A DNA stretch of 61,224 nt. It comes from a virus (Duplodnaviria > Caudoviricetes). The notes under the pieces are model-generated. The model did no database searches, was not told the DNA's origin, and saw only the letters and a program-made list of their open reading frames with translations. Within the stretch, counting starts at the first letter, position 1. The number at the start of each line of letters is the position of its first letter. The stretch is taken from IMG/VR virus record IMGVR_UViG_3300005253_000610, positions 1 through 61,224 of that record; one strand, written 5' to 3'. Below, piece by piece: positions 45,484 to 56,199 of this stretch. The translations under genes were made by a program, and so were the position numbers.

Positions 45484-46915
45484 GGCTCGTTTAAGCGCAC
45501 AACAGCAGGCGATCCGTAAGGGCGCTGGCCCGTCTGCCAATCGTAAGGTCTTATATAAGACCCATGTCGGCGCACAGTCAGACTTTCTCATGAGTGAGGC
45601 AGAGGAGGTACTGTATGGTGGGGCGAAGGGCGGGGGGAAGTCCTATGCGCTGAGGGCCTATGCTGTAAATTACTGTATGAGCTTTCCTGGGGCGCGTGTA
45701 GTCCTATTCCGCCAGTCCTACCGCCAGTTGGAAGAGACACATATTATCTCCATCCAACAGGAAGTGCCCCAGAGCGTGGCCCACTATTCCTCAGGCTCAC
45801 ACGATCTGATCTTTACAAATGGCTCCATCCTCCACTTGCGTTACTGTGAGAAAGATGAGGATGCCAGGGGCTACGACACGGCTGAGTTCGACGCCATGCT
45901 CTTTGACGAGCTGACTCACTTTACGGAATTCACCTACACTTACCTGACCACCCGCTGCCGCTCTACGAAACCTTGGTGGACTGGACCCAGGATACGTGCT
46001 GGTGCTACCCCTCTAGGGCGGGGGCACGGTTGGGTAAAGGCGCGCTGGCTTGACAACTCGAACGTTAAGCCGAATGAGGTTTGGAAAGGCCCTGCTGACG
46101 AAGGGGGCATGACGCGCCAATTCATTCCCGCTATTGTTACCGATAATCCTACACTGATGAAGGCTGATCCTAAGTATGTAGAACGTCTCCGCGCGCTGAC
46201 TCGTGAAGAGTATAAAGCTGCGATGGGGAACTGGGACGTGTTCATGGGACAGTTCTTTCAGCGGTGGGAGCCTACAATCCATGTAGTCCAGCCCTTCGAC
46301 ATTCCGGCTGACTGGGACCGCTTCATGTGTGTAGACTATGGGTTCGCTGCGCCCTACTGTGTGCTGTGGTTTGCCCGTCCGCCTGGGACGAAATCTGCAT
46401 ACTTCTATCGTGAACAGTATGGTGTGGGGGTAAAACTCCCTGAACAAGTCTATAGGGCACACCAGTCTGTGGTTGATTCCTCAGAGAAGATTCGAGCCAT
46501 TATTCTCGACCCCTCAATGTTTGGCAAGATCAATGTTAAGGGGGATCGTGTGGAGTCCCTATCTGCTGAATGGGAGAAACAGTTCGGCGGCACAACTAGG
46601 ATTATCAAAGGAAACAATGAACGGGTTGCGGGATGGCGGAAGTTACGTGAGATGATCGACTGGACAGAGGCCCCACAAGGGGGGATTTTGGCACACCCTC
46701 ACTTGTATGCCTTTAATACCTGTGTTAATCTAGTCCGAACACTGCCCCTGTTGATCTCAGACGAGCACAACATTGAAGATGTAGATTCTGATGGGGAAGA
46801 CCACGCCGGGGATGCTGCTAGGTATGGTATACAGCACGCCTTTGCTGGGGGTGGCAGGCACGGCGTACAGCGCAGTTACAGTCTTGGCCCTAACGGTATT
46901 GTGGTGAGGAGGTAA
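45470..46915 (+). CDS. terL: Terminase large subunit
   Basis: YGGAKGGGKS Walker A, LFDELTHF Walker B, VDYGF and EDHAGDAARY nuclease motifs. Confidence 0.95.
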   Translation: MARPKARLSAQQQAIRKGAGPSANRKVLYKTHVGAQSDFLMSEAEEVLYGGAKGGGKSYALRAYAVNYCMSFPGARVVLFRQSYRQLEETHIISIQQEVPQSVAHYSSGSHDLIFTNGSILHLRYCEKDEDARGYDTAEFDAMLFDELTHFTEFTYTYLTTRCRSTKPWWTGPRIRAGATPLGRGHGWVKARWLDNSNVKPNEVWKGPADEGGMTRQFIPAIVTDNPTLMKADPKYVERLRALTREEYKAAMGNWDVFMGQFFQRWEPTIHVVQPFDIPADWDRFMCVDYGFAAPYCVLWFARPPGTKSAYFYREQYGVGVKLPEQVYRAHQSVVDSSEKIRAIILDPSMFGKINVKGDRVESLSAEWEKQFGGTTRIIKGNNERVAGWRKLREMIDWTEAPQGGILAHPHLYAFNTCVNLVRTLPLLISDEHNIEDVDSDGEDHAGDAARYGIQHAFAGGGRHGVQRSYSLGPNGIVVRR

Positions 46916-46917
46916 AA

Positions 46918-48987
46918 ATGCTTGAAGACGCAGAAGAATCTGAAATCTGGAAACTAAGAGGCGAAGTAATGAAAGCCTATCGTACACGGGATAGGCTCTG
47001 GGCGGATCGTCGTAAAATACGCTATCGTCAGATGGATAACGCATTGAAGGCCCTGCCCCTAAACCCTCGCATTAGCGATACGGCCCTCATGGTGTACCAG
47101 ACTGAACTCCCTAACCAGGAAGCGCATAAGCGTACAAAGCGGCTGATTGCTAACCATCCCCGTTTTGAGGTTATCCTTCTCCGCTCTGGTCCTGAATTCC
47201 AAGCTCAGGCACAGGAACTTGAGAACGGTCTGAAGGCCCTCTATAACTGGATGAATCGCGGGAAGCCCACATTTGACTGGAAGCTCGTTGAGCATCAGCA
47301 AGGGGATGGGCTGGGCATCGCTAAGGTGGAGTTCCTTCCCACGCATGGTATCTCCCTCAAGGATTTTGATCTAGATGATATTACGAGTGATGATGAAGAG
47401 GCGGATATTGAAGGGGCTGAAGATCGTAATAAGGCCCGTGCTAGCTTCCGTACTGAGCGGGCAAAGCGGACAGATGGGAGTGAGGAGGCAGCGTTTAAGA
47501 CGGTTACGGAAGACGCATTGAAGGCAGAACTTCCGCCTATGCGCCTGATTGCCGTAGACCCCCTTAACTGTTACTGGTGGGAGGATGATGACGGCGTAGC
47601 CCTTATGGTAGAGACAGGAGAGAAGGCGCTGAATCCACTTCTAGAAGCCTTTAGGGGTTACGGACTGAAGTTTGACTCCAGCTCCGGGAAAGTATTTATT
47701 GAGAAGGAAACGACAGAGGCAGTTGGTGCTCGGACGTATCCTCCTCCTGATTCAGATGCGGGGCCTCATGTAGGCGATGCTCTTAGTACACGGGTGTCTT
47801 ATACGGAAATACGGACACGTGAGCATATTGTGATCATGATTGAGCACCCGAAGCTGAAGAGGGGCGCTCGTGGGAGGAAGGGAGATAAGGGTGTTATCTT
47901 TCATTTCGATAATCCCTTTGGCCCCTATACTACGGGATATGCTCTTGTTCCTGGTGATGTGACTACGGAGGATAGCCCAGAGAACAAGTACCAGCCGGTT
48001 ATTGAAGGTATCCTTTCTACAGCGCAGGCGTTGAACGTGCTGATGACTGCACGGCTTTCTGCTTCTCTGGAAGAGGCCCTTGCACCCCCCTATATCAAAG
48101 TATCTCCCGATCAGCCAATGCTCCCCTCAGATGAAGAGAAGACCCCTGAGGTAGGACAAGAGAACCGTGCCATTCCCACCATCCCTGGTGAGATTAAGCG
48201 GGTAGAGACTCCCAACGCTGATCTGGATAAGGCTGAGGGCAGGCTGCTTGCGGAGACGGCTGAGTATCAGATGCAGGAAGCGCAGGAGGGCGGTGCGCCT
48301 TCTGAAGCCTCTGGGCACAGGTTAGCAATCCAGGTTGCTCAGGCAGACATTCAAATGGTCCCCTACCAGAATGTGCGGAAGGAGGCCCTGGCAGAGCTGA
48401 TGAAGGGGATCGTCTATGCCGTTCGTAAGCATGGCCTACCGATTTTCATTCCCGCAATGCCTGATGGCGCGCGGCGTGGTAGTGAGAAGATTCGTGTTGT
48501 AGAGCCTGCGGCTATCCGGCCTGAGATGGCTGACCTTCCCTTTGACCTTATCATAACCCTTGGTGCTGAGACGCCAGTAACGAAGTATGCGAAATGGCAG
48601 GCGCTCGCACAGCGGATGGAGCAGGGGACAGCGAGTTATCAGACTGTAGTAGAACAATCGGATACGGAAGACCCTGATGAGGAGATTGCACGGGTATTTG
48701 AGGGTAAGTTGCTGATTGCCACAATGGAACAGCTCATACCAGCCCTGGCGGAATTGGCTCAGGCTTACGGGAAACAACAGATTCAGGTCGCACTGGGGGC
48801 TAATGAAGCGGTAGAGCAGGCACCCCCTCAACAGTTGCCTCTTGGTATTGATCCCAGTACGGGGCTGGCGCAGGGCGGGGGCGGCGGTGCTGATCTAGCA
48901 CAGAGGGTTCCTGGTGTCGGGATGCCTGTAGTCCAGACAACTAATGAGGATGGTCCCCGTGTTCCAGAAGGGATAGAGGTAAGTTAG
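46918..48987 (+). CDS. Portal protein
   Basis: 689 aa right after terL; DG.G..KV, VDP.N motifs; Q/P-rich tail. Confidence 0.75.
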   Translation: MLEDAEESEIWKLRGEVMKAYRTRDRLWADRRKIRYRQMDNALKALPLNPRISDTALMVYQTELPNQEAHKRTKRLIANHPRFEVILLRSGPEFQAQAQELENGLKALYNWMNRGKPTFDWKLVEHQQGDGLGIAKVEFLPTHGISLKDFDLDDITSDDEEADIEGAEDRNKARASFRTERAKRTDGSEEAAFKTVTEDALKAELPPMRLIAVDPLNCYWWEDDDGVALMVETGEKALNPLLEAFRGYGLKFDSSSGKVFIEKETTEAVGARTYPPPDSDAGPHVGDALSTRVSYTEIRTREHIVIMIEHPKLKRGARGRKGDKGVIFHFDNPFGPYTTGYALVPGDVTTEDSPENKYQPVIEGILSTAQALNVLMTARLSASLEEALAPPYIKVSPDQPMLPSDEEKTPEVGQENRAIPTIPGEIKRVETPNADLDKAEGRLLAETAEYQMQEAQEGGAPSEASGHRLAIQVAQADIQMVPYQNVRKEALAELMKGIVYAVRKHGLPIFIPAMPDGARRGSEKIRVVEPAAIRPEMADLPFDLIITLGAETPVTKYAKWQALAQRMEQGTASYQTVVEQSDTEDPDEEIARVFEGKLLIATMEQLIPALAELAQAYGKQQIQVALGANEAVEQAPPQQLPLGIDPSTGLAQGGGGGADLAQRVPGVGMPVVQTTNEDGPRVPEGIEVS

Positions 48988-48992
48988 TTCTA

Positions 48993-49283
48993 ATGGCACG
49001 CCCAGATCATACACAGCTATTGAGTGCAGAATGGACAAATGAAAGATTTAATAACGTCCTTGATGGTGTACAGCAGATTATAGATCGCCTACTGACTTCT
49101 GTATACATTGATGGATATGGCCCACTTGAGGTGCCGGTAACGCGGGCAGATATTACCAAGCTCAGCCTAGAAGCCTTCCAAAATCTCGTAGACCAACAGC
49201 CCACAATTGGGGCTAAGGCAGAGCTGCTCAATGAGGCTGAACGATTAGACATCCCTCGTCAGGTCTTGCAAGGTAGAACATAA
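48993..49283 (+). CDS. Hypothetical protein after portal
   Basis: SD GAGGT. Confidence 0.55.
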   Translation: MARPDHTQLLSAEWTNERFNNVLDGVQQIIDRLLTSVYIDGYGPLEVPVTRADITKLSLEAFQNLVDQQPTIGAKAELLNEAERLDIPRQVLQGRT

Positions 49284-49294
49284 TGTGGTACAAT
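49266..49294 (+). promoter_or_regulatory. Promoter for putative ejection-protein genes
   Basis: TTGCAA-17-TGnTACAAT. Confidence 0.6.
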
Positions 49295-49329
49295 GTAGTT
49301 GAATACATAGGGGGCTATGGTGGAGTATA

Positions 49330-49989
49330 ATGCCCTTTCATCCTGATGTTGGTCAAAGTCAATTAGAAGCATTTCGCCTGGGTGCAGCCCCGCTAGGCGG
49401 TGATGGGGGCGATGGTGGGGGTAGGGACTTCGGCACAAAAGATAATCCCATCTCACCGAATTATGATCTCCCAGGCTTTGTGCGCCTTCCCTTATATAAT
49501 GAGCACTCTGGAGAGTTTGTAGGCTGGGAGACGTTACGTGATCCTACCTTTGGCACCGGAACAGGTAGCGGTGCTGCATCTCCTCAGTTCCGTCCAGGTG
49601 AACTTGCCCTTCTCCAAGCCGAGCTAGCAGAACGAGAGCGCTCCAGTCGTGTGCAGGAAGCGCAGGGAGCACGCCGTATCACACTAGACCGTGCGCTTGG
49701 CGGGCTGAATGCTTTTAACCAATCACGTACATTGGCTGATAATCGTCGGCTGTCTGCGTTCCAGGAAGCACGGCAACTTATGGGGCTTCTTGTCCCAAAG
49801 GGGACTACAGAATTCCCTGGCCTTGGTGCAGGAGGGGCACTTGCACAGGTGTCACAGAACTTCAACCTTCCCTTTACGCCTTCTCCTGTAGTGGAGCGTG
49901 AATTCAATCCCCAGGCACTTGCAACCCCTGCTGAGGGCAACCTTCCTTTCCAGATTGGGGCGATGCTTAGGGGGGTAGGACAGATTTAA
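49330..49989 (+). CDS. Putative internal virion/ejection protein
   Basis: G/Q/A-rich; MPF start; precedes the giant internal protein. Confidence 0.55.
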   Translation: MPFHPDVGQSQLEAFRLGAAPLGGDGGDGGGRDFGTKDNPISPNYDLPGFVRLPLYNEHSGEFVGWETLRDPTFGTGTGSGAASPQFRPGELALLQAELAERERSSRVQEAQGARRITLDRALGGLNAFNQSRTLADNRRLSAFQEARQLMGLLVPKGTTEFPGLGAGGALAQVSQNFNLPFTPSPVVEREFNPQALATPAEGNLPFQIGAMLRGVGQI

Positions 49990-49991
49990 TC

Positions 49992-50510
49992 ATGCCGTTT
50001 TCTAATCCAACACCGTCACAGAGGAGACAAATTGAGGAGCGCCTACAGGCCAATAACCTATTTGGTCAGGACCCCTTTAACATAGCAGGCGGGTTCGATA
50101 TTGCAGGGTTGAACCTTGAGGCACAGCGACTTGCGCTGGAATCTGAACTGGCACGGCAGGAATTTGGCCGCAGTCTTCTACAACAGGTAATGGATGTTCA
50201 ACGTGATCCGTTTAGTATTGTTCCTGCATTGCAGGGGTTCAGTGCTGCTGGTGGTGGGACGTTGGCTCCTGCACAGGACTTTGCTCAGACAGGGGGGCGG
50301 CCTGCTGATCCGATATTTGGTCAACTAGTCCAGCAGCTTCTGCAAGGTGCGGGGCAGTTTGCGCCAGGAGGACAGGGGGCTCCTACTGCTCCATCGGAAC
50401 TTCAGAAGTTGATTAGTGGGTTTGGTAAGCAACCGTCTGCAATTAACACAGGTAAGACAGTAAGCACCCAGGATATCTTCAAGAAAATTCAAGCAGGGGG
50501 AACACTGTAA
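49992..50510 (+). CDS. Putative internal virion/ejection protein
   Basis: G/Q-rich; MPF start. Confidence 0.55.
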   Translation: MPFSNPTPSQRRQIEERLQANNLFGQDPFNIAGGFDIAGLNLEAQRLALESELARQEFGRSLLQQVMDVQRDPFSIVPALQGFSAAGGGTLAPAQDFAQTGGRPADPIFGQLVQQLLQGAGQFAPGGQGAPTAPSELQKLISGFGKQPSAINTGKTVSTQDIFKKIQAGGTL

Positions 50511-51019
50511 TGCCTCATACATCCTTTGCAGCACGTAAGAGAAGTAAGAATCCGTCTGTGAGAACTTCGTTGTTTGATCAGTCTCCGGTACAGAAAGCTG
50601 TTAGTCAGTTTGGTCAGGGGACGAATATCCAAGATATTTTCCGTGCTATCCAAACGCAGGGGGTACAACCTCAGTTACCTCCTGAGCCCTTTCCTGGTGG
50701 ATTGGGAGGGCAGCCTGTAAGTATTTCCCCCAGTCCTGTTACACTAACGCCTCCTGTAATTGATGATAGCCCTACAGCACAGGCAGCGAGACTTCTTAGC
50801 GGTGCTGTTGCTGGGAACCCGTTTATTAGTCAGGAAGGACAGGGAAGACTTCAGGGTGGACAGGCCCCGCTTCTAAACCAGATCACTCCATCATTCTTTC
50901 GGCAGACGAGTCCTGTGATTCAACAGTCCCTCCTTGGGCTGTTTCAGTCGCTTGGATTACGCCCAGAGGATGTGTCATTTATTATGCAACAGTTTACGCC
51001 GAGAGGCTTTTCTAGATAA
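50510..51019 (+). CDS. Putative internal virion/ejection protein
   Basis: Q/P/G-rich; TAATG coupling. Confidence 0.55.
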   Translation: MPHTSFAARKRSKNPSVRTSLFDQSPVQKAVSQFGQGTNIQDIFRAIQTQGVQPQLPPEPFPGGLGGQPVSISPSPVTLTPPVIDDSPTAQAARLLSGAVAGNPFISQEGQGRLQGGQAPLLNQITPSFFRQTSPVIQQSLLGLFQSLGLRPEDVSFIMQQFTPRGFSR

Positions 51020-51024
51020 GGGGT

Positions 51025-51306
51025 ATGAGCATGGCGTTTCATTTTGATGTTCGGCAAGTCGGCGTCCGTTGGGGCGTGTTCGATGTCCGTGATAATTCCC
51101 CCGTAGGTAAGACATTTACTACACGTGTTGATGCACGAGCGTGGATGGACGAACTATACGCAGATGAGGGTCTTCTACAGGATATAGGCTATAGCTTGAA
51201 CTCCCTGGAAAAGTGGCTAGAGGAGCATAAGAAGTCTCGCTTTAAGTTCTCCGAACAAGGTGAGAACGTTGGTGCAGGGGACTTGAATACGCCCAAGGTT
51301 AGCTAG
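51025..51306 (+). CDS. Hypothetical protein
   Basis: 93-aa ORF. Confidence 0.5.
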   Translation: MSMAFHFDVRQVGVRWGVFDVRDNSPVGKTFTTRVDARAWMDELYADEGLLQDIGYSLNSLEKWLEEHKKSRFKFSEQGENVGAGDLNTPKVS

Positions 51307-51318
51307 GAGGCTACCAAG

Positions 51319-54300
51319 ATTCCCTTTAGATTTGGTGATACTATCTTTCGCATGGCGCGTCGGAGGCGTCCGACACAGTCCATTATACATGGGCCGGAAC
51401 CACTCCCCCTGTCGCCTGTCCCTGAACCCAGGCCGATCTCTACACCTGTACGGAGCCAGCTAATACGGGCTCTAGAAGCACAGGCTCAAGCGACGCCTAT
51501 GATTGAGGCTGAGAGTCAGCTAGGACAGCGATCACAGCGTCTTCAAGATGACTATCGCCTACAACTTCAGAGGGATGCTGCATTCGCTCAAGAGGCAGAA
51601 CAGGCTAGAGATGAGCAAGACCGTAACCAACTAGAGCTTCTGCGTGAGGGGTTTGCTCCAGATGAAGACGATCTGGGCGCAGATGTACGTCAGGCTGCTG
51701 CGTTCCGTGCGGGTACGCAGGACCGTCCCTATTATGAGGTATTAGAAGAAGAACGGTTAAACGAAGGCACACGGCGTCTGAAGGCATTTGGTGATATGAT
51801 GGAGAACCTATCACCTGAGCTACGTGTGGCATTAGCTCCCATGGCAGCAGCAGTGCAGAAGGAGGGACTATCTGCGAAGGCATTTAAGGATATTGCTATT
51901 GCTGCCCGTGCGGAAGATAATAGCATTTGGCGCTTCTCAGCAGAAGATCGCGCACGGGCTAATCGCGTGATAGCTACGCTTGGTCCGCCTATTGATCCCA
52001 TTCCTGTGATTCCTGAAGGGGAACGTCCGTCTATACGTGAGCAGTTAGGACGCGAACCACGGGAGGAGCCGGAAACGGTACTAGGGGGACTTAAGGAATC
52101 TGTTAAGGCTATTCCGGGAGCAGTAAAGGATATAACTGCTATTGAACCGACAGTTAGCTTGGTTACCAATCTGGGGCAGGCCGTAGACGCCTTAGTTACT
52201 GGCGATTTTAAGGGAGCAGGAGCGGAGCTGCGTGAAGCAGGTGATGATATTGTTACCACAGGTGTTATACCAGGACTACAGCAGGAGCGTATCCTAACTG
52301 CCCTGGAAGCTGAACAGGATGTTATTACACCTATCACACGTCCTTTCCTCCGTACCACATTGACAAGTGCAGGCGTGCCCGATAATTGGGCAGAACCAAT
52401 ATCTAAGTATGGGGCCGAGTTCCTTGTTCCTAGCTCACTGCTTCCTGTATCTCGAATTAAGGCTGGAGTGCCGATCCTAAAACAACTGCCTGCTTTAATA
52501 AATGTCATGGCTCAGGAAGGGGCCATCAACGTTGGACAGGATATCGCGGGAAGGCGCTCACGTGGGGAAGATGATCCCACGCTAGCAGAGAGCCTGCTTA
52601 TCTTTGCCGCTGGTGGCCTCGCTCGTGGTGGACTAGAGACAATTGTGGGTCCGTTTGTTAAAAAGACAATTACTCCGTTCATTGATAAGTTGCGAGGGAG
52701 GGGCGTGCCTGTAGATGTTCCGATCTCACAGGTGGATGATCCTCGGTTCTTTGCCGATGTAGCGGAGGAGGCTGTACCTTCTCCCGCTGTGCGTGCCGTG
52801 GAGCCTGGGGCTGCTCAAGTGGAAGGTGCAGGACTTACATTTACCCCTCGTACTCAAAGTCCAACAGACATTACAAAGGGACAGATTATTGAGGATGCCA
52901 CTGATGCTGGGGGACGACGTATAGGGGAGATTGAATATAGAATTGATCCTCGCCAACTAGAGCGTGTAGAGGTTGTCAATGTCTTTGTGGAAGAGGAGTT
53001 CCGTGGACAGGGCTTTGGTAGTGCCCTACGTAACCGTGCAATAGAAGCCGGGCAGGAGCGGGGGGCCGCACGGGTTACAGGAGAAGCTATTAGTACTGAG
53101 GGTGGAAGGCTTGGCGGTGGAGTTAAGGGTGAAGAGTTTGATGTTGATATTCCACCAAAGGCTGTGACAGAGGCCCCCACAAAACCTGGCGACGTGGTGG
53201 ATGAAGCTATCGCGCGCGGCGAAGACTCCCCGCTTACAACCTTTCAGCCTAAGCCAGAAGGCGACCTTCCTGAACGGATAGCCGCGCTTGAGGCGGGTGT
53301 AAAGCAGGCTGATGATGCGGTGGACGGTGCAGTACGAGGAACAAAGGGGGCCTTACGTAAGACAGCACAAGAACTACGTGCCAAGCTCAGAGGTGCGAAT
53401 AAAGAACTGAAGGACATACAGGACTATAACCAGTTTGAGCTTCCCAAGCTGCGGGACAGGATGGCGGTCCGTCTCGACCGTGCTCAGAAAACTGCTGACA
53501 TTCAGCGTGGTAAGGCAGAACGCGCAACTCCGGCCCGCCGTGATCAGGCTAGGATAGATGCACAAGCGGCAGAAGGACGGGCAAATGTTCTAGCTGATAA
53601 CCCTGGGGCTGTAGATAAATTGACCGATGCGGTGCAGTCAGCACGACGTAGTGTGACGTTGGCGGAGGTGGAAGTTAGCGCAGGACGGCGTACCCAAGCT
53701 GCTGCCGCTGGACGCGCTCTTGAAAGTGCGACAGGACTACCAATTGGCGAGCAGATTGCCCGTACACGTGGGGCACTAAAGGGAAAGATACGTCCTGAAG
53801 GGCTGGAAGGCGCAGCGGTACGGCTTGATCCCGAAACGGAACAGGTATTGACTGATGCAATTAATCAGTATTTCCGTGTTACGAAGAAACAACCGCTGAA
53901 GGCGGGGAACGCACTTGAGGCGTTGGAATCGGTGCTGACAGGTGATTACAACAAGCTCACACGGTCGAAGCTGGACCTTTTAGAAGATGCGTTAGGCTTT
54001 GACTTCCACGTTGCGCTGACAAAGGCAATGGCCGAGGCCCCGCTGAAGGTGTCGGATGAGATTCTTTGGGGCGCATTGACTGTCTGGAATCTCCCGCGTC
54101 GGTTCTTGGCAGGACTGGGCGACTGGTCCTATATGTTACGTCAGGACCTTTTCTCCGCCATCACTGAACCCGGACTATGGCTTCGGCGTGCCAGAACGTA
54201 TCCTGAGGCTTTCCTTAGCGCGACGGATGCAGCGAAGACGACTGAGAGGCTGATAGATGATCCGGTCTACCGCCTAGCACGTGAGCAAAATGTAACCATG

Positions 54301-56196
54301 CCCGTTCTCAGCGAGCAAATCGCGGGTGAAGAATTAGCGTTGATGGGGACAGAGAAGGGCTGGTTTGCGCGGCAGCTACGGGATATTCCTCTACTTGGAA
54401 GAATGTTTGATGCTACCGATAGAAGTGCGTCTATTTACATTTCTACAAGTAGGGCAGAGAACTGGGAGAATTGGCTTGTAAGAGACATCATTTCCCCAGA
54501 AACACGGATACGTTATCTAGATGCGCCAACCCGTGGTGGAAAGGCGGATGTCCTCCGTGATTTCATGGCGGAGAACGCGCAAAACGATAAGGCTGCACAG
54601 GTTCTTGGTAGTTTTGTTAATGAAACCTCTGGCCGTGGGGCGCTAGGAAAACTGGAGAAGTACCTTGGCCCCCTTAACGTGATATTCTTTGCCCCCCGCT
54701 TTGTGGCTGGACAAGTAACTCGTCTGCGGTTTGCGGCTCAGTCAGGGATACCTATGCCAGTACGTATGTTGGCTGTGAGAAAGCTGACACAGTTCTATGG
54801 CACACTAGCAGGTATTCTGGGGGTTATTAAGGCAAGCGGTATTGCAGAGGTTGAAATGGACCCGCGCTCAGTTGACTTTGCAAAGGTGAGGGTTGGTAAT
54901 CAGCGGATTGATATTACGAGTGGACTCCAGCCGCTTATGCGGTATATAGCACAGATTAGTCGTGGGCAGCGAAAGCCGGAAGTGGGCGACTTGCAAGATG
55001 TAGATATTAAAGCCGCGCTTCTTAATTTTACTCGATCAAAGATGGCTCCAGGATCAGGTGTGATTTGGTCACTTCTTGAAGGGGAGACGTTCATTGGTGA
55101 AGATATCGGTCTGGTTCAGTTGGCTACTGACCTTTTTGTTCCGATTTTTGGGCAGGACGTACAGGAGGCATTCGCATCCGGTACGCCGATTAACCGTATG
55201 ACATCATTACTAGCCTTTGTAGGTGTAGGCATTCAGACCTATGAAACACGATCTGCGGCTACCGAGCAGGTTATTGCTGACATGTTTGAGGCGGGAATGA
55301 TTGACCCCTATCAGTATGACGATCTGCCACAAACGTTTGGTGAACTTCTGCCGGAAGATAGGGTAGAGTTCCAGAAGGTTGCGCCTAAGCTGTGGTCAGA
55401 GATCGAGGAGAGCGGTGCTGAACGTGCGGGTGATGTGAGTGAGGGCGGTCAGCGTGCCCTACTCGGTGATGTTGCTGATAGAGGGAGAGAAGAGCTTGAC
55501 CGCACACTCCAAGGCGCAGCAGAGCGGTATCGCAGTAGCGGACAGAGTTCGGGGGAAGGTAAGCAGTTTCGGGATACAGTAGGTGATGCGATTATTGCTC
55601 GCCGTGGCTTGCAAACAGCAATTCAGGCAGAGTTTGAAACTTTAGATATTGAACAGAAGGAACGCTCTGGTCCAGTATTTGATGACTTGGATAACTACTT
55701 TGGCATCTTCGATAAGTACCCTGATGTAGCATTTGATCCTGCCCAACGTGAGGAGATGTTTGATGAGCTAGAGCGGTTCTTTGATGGTATTGGCACAGCG
55801 CGGGCAGATGCAGTGGACGCACAGCTTGGGCTGGATTCACGCACGGTGCCTGAGTATGCCCAACTACGTAATGACAAGACTATAATCCGTGAGTCGGGCT
55901 GGTTTGATATCGGACAGGGCGTGTGGGATGAGATGCGGAGGCAGCGTCCTGATATGCGACTACCGAAGACAAGGAGAGAATATGAGGCACAAGTAAGTGA
56001 TCGTGCAAACCTAAAATTCCCCAATAACCCACGAGCACGAGACGCCTTTAGAGATGGAGATCGTACCTTAAAGGTCTACAGTCGGCGTAAGGATGATGCG
56101 AATCAGCGATGGTATGCTGAACATCCCAACCTTCTAGTCATTCTTGATCGTTGGGGATATAGAGAATTCGCTGTATCGAAACCAGTACAACGATAA
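51319..56196 (+). CDS. Giant internal virion / large polyvalent protein with GNAT domain; probable ATT start
   Basis: GNAT motif A VFVEEEFRGQGFGSAL; DPRS.DF.K.RVGN.RID segment; SD AGGAGG 8 nt before in-frame ATT 51319. Confidence 0.7.
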   Translation: MPFRFGDTIFRMARRRRPTQSIIHGPEPLPLSPVPEPRPISTPVRSQLIRALEAQAQATPMIEAESQLGQRSQRLQDDYRLQLQRDAAFAQEAEQARDEQDRNQLELLREGFAPDEDDLGADVRQAAAFRAGTQDRPYYEVLEEERLNEGTRRLKAFGDMMENLSPELRVALAPMAAAVQKEGLSAKAFKDIAIAARAEDNSIWRFSAEDRARANRVIATLGPPIDPIPVIPEGERPSIREQLGREPREEPETVLGGLKESVKAIPGAVKDITAIEPTVSLVTNLGQAVDALVTGDFKGAGAELREAGDDIVTTGVIPGLQQERILTALEAEQDVITPITRPFLRTTLTSAGVPDNWAEPISKYGAEFLVPSSLLPVSRIKAGVPILKQLPALINVMAQEGAINVGQDIAGRRSRGEDDPTLAESLLIFAAGGLARGGLETIVGPFVKKTITPFIDKLRGRGVPVDVPISQVDDPRFFADVAEEAVPSPAVRAVEPGAAQVEGAGLTFTPRTQSPTDITKGQIIEDATDAGGRRIGEIEYRIDPRQLERVEVVNVFVEEEFRGQGFGSALRNRAIEAGQERGAARVTGEAISTEGGRLGGGVKGEEFDVDIPPKAVTEAPTKPGDVVDEAIARGEDSPLTTFQPKPEGDLPERIAALEAGVKQADDAVDGAVRGTKGALRKTAQELRAKLRGANKELKDIQDYNQFELPKLRDRMAVRLDRAQKTADIQRGKAERATPARRDQARIDAQAAEGRANVLADNPGAVDKLTDAVQSARRSVTLAEVEVSAGRRTQAAAAGRALESATGLPIGEQIARTRGALKGKIRPEGLEGAAVRLDPETEQVLTDAINQYFRVTKKQPLKAGNALEALESVLTGDYNKLTRSKLDLLEDALGFDFHVALTKAMAEAPLKVSDEILWGALTVWNLPRRFLAGLGDWSYMLRQDLFSAITEPGLWLRRARTYPEAFLSATDAAKTTERLIDDPVYRLAREQNVTMPVLSEQIAGEELALMGTEKGWFARQLRDIPLLGRMFDATDRSASIYISTSRAENWENWLVRDIISPETRIRYLDAPTRGGKADVLRDFMAENAQNDKAAQVLGSFVNETSGRGALGKLEKYLGPLNVIFFAPRFVAGQVTRLRFAAQSGIPMPVRMLAVRKLTQFYGTLAGILGVIKASGIAEVEMDPRSVDFAKVRVGNQRIDITSGLQPLMRYIAQISRGQRKPEVGDLQDVDIKAALLNFTRSKMAPGSGVIWSLLEGETFIGEDIGLVQLATDLFVPIFGQDVQEAFASGTPINRMTSLLAFVGVGIQTYETRSAATEQVIADMFEAGMIDPYQYDDLPQTFGELLPEDRVEFQKVAPKLWSEIEESGAERAGDVSEGGQRALLGDVADRGREELDRTLQGAAERYRSSGQSSGEGKQFRDTVGDAIIARRGLQTAIQAEFETLDIEQKERSGPVFDDLDNYFGIFDKYPDVAFDPAQREEMFDELERFFDGIGTARADAVDAQLGLDSRTVPEYAQLRNDKTIIRESGWFDIGQGVWDEMRRQRPDMRLPKTRREYEAQVSDRANLKFPNNPRARDAFRDGDRTLKVYSRRKDDANQRWYAEHPNLLVILDRWGYREFAVSKPVQR

Positions 56197-56199
56197 ACC

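Noticed and set aside
51605-56024. Long antisense ORFs within structural genes (e.g. 51732..52508)
   Set aside because: Shadow frames of real genes; no SD or motifs; S/P/A-biased translation
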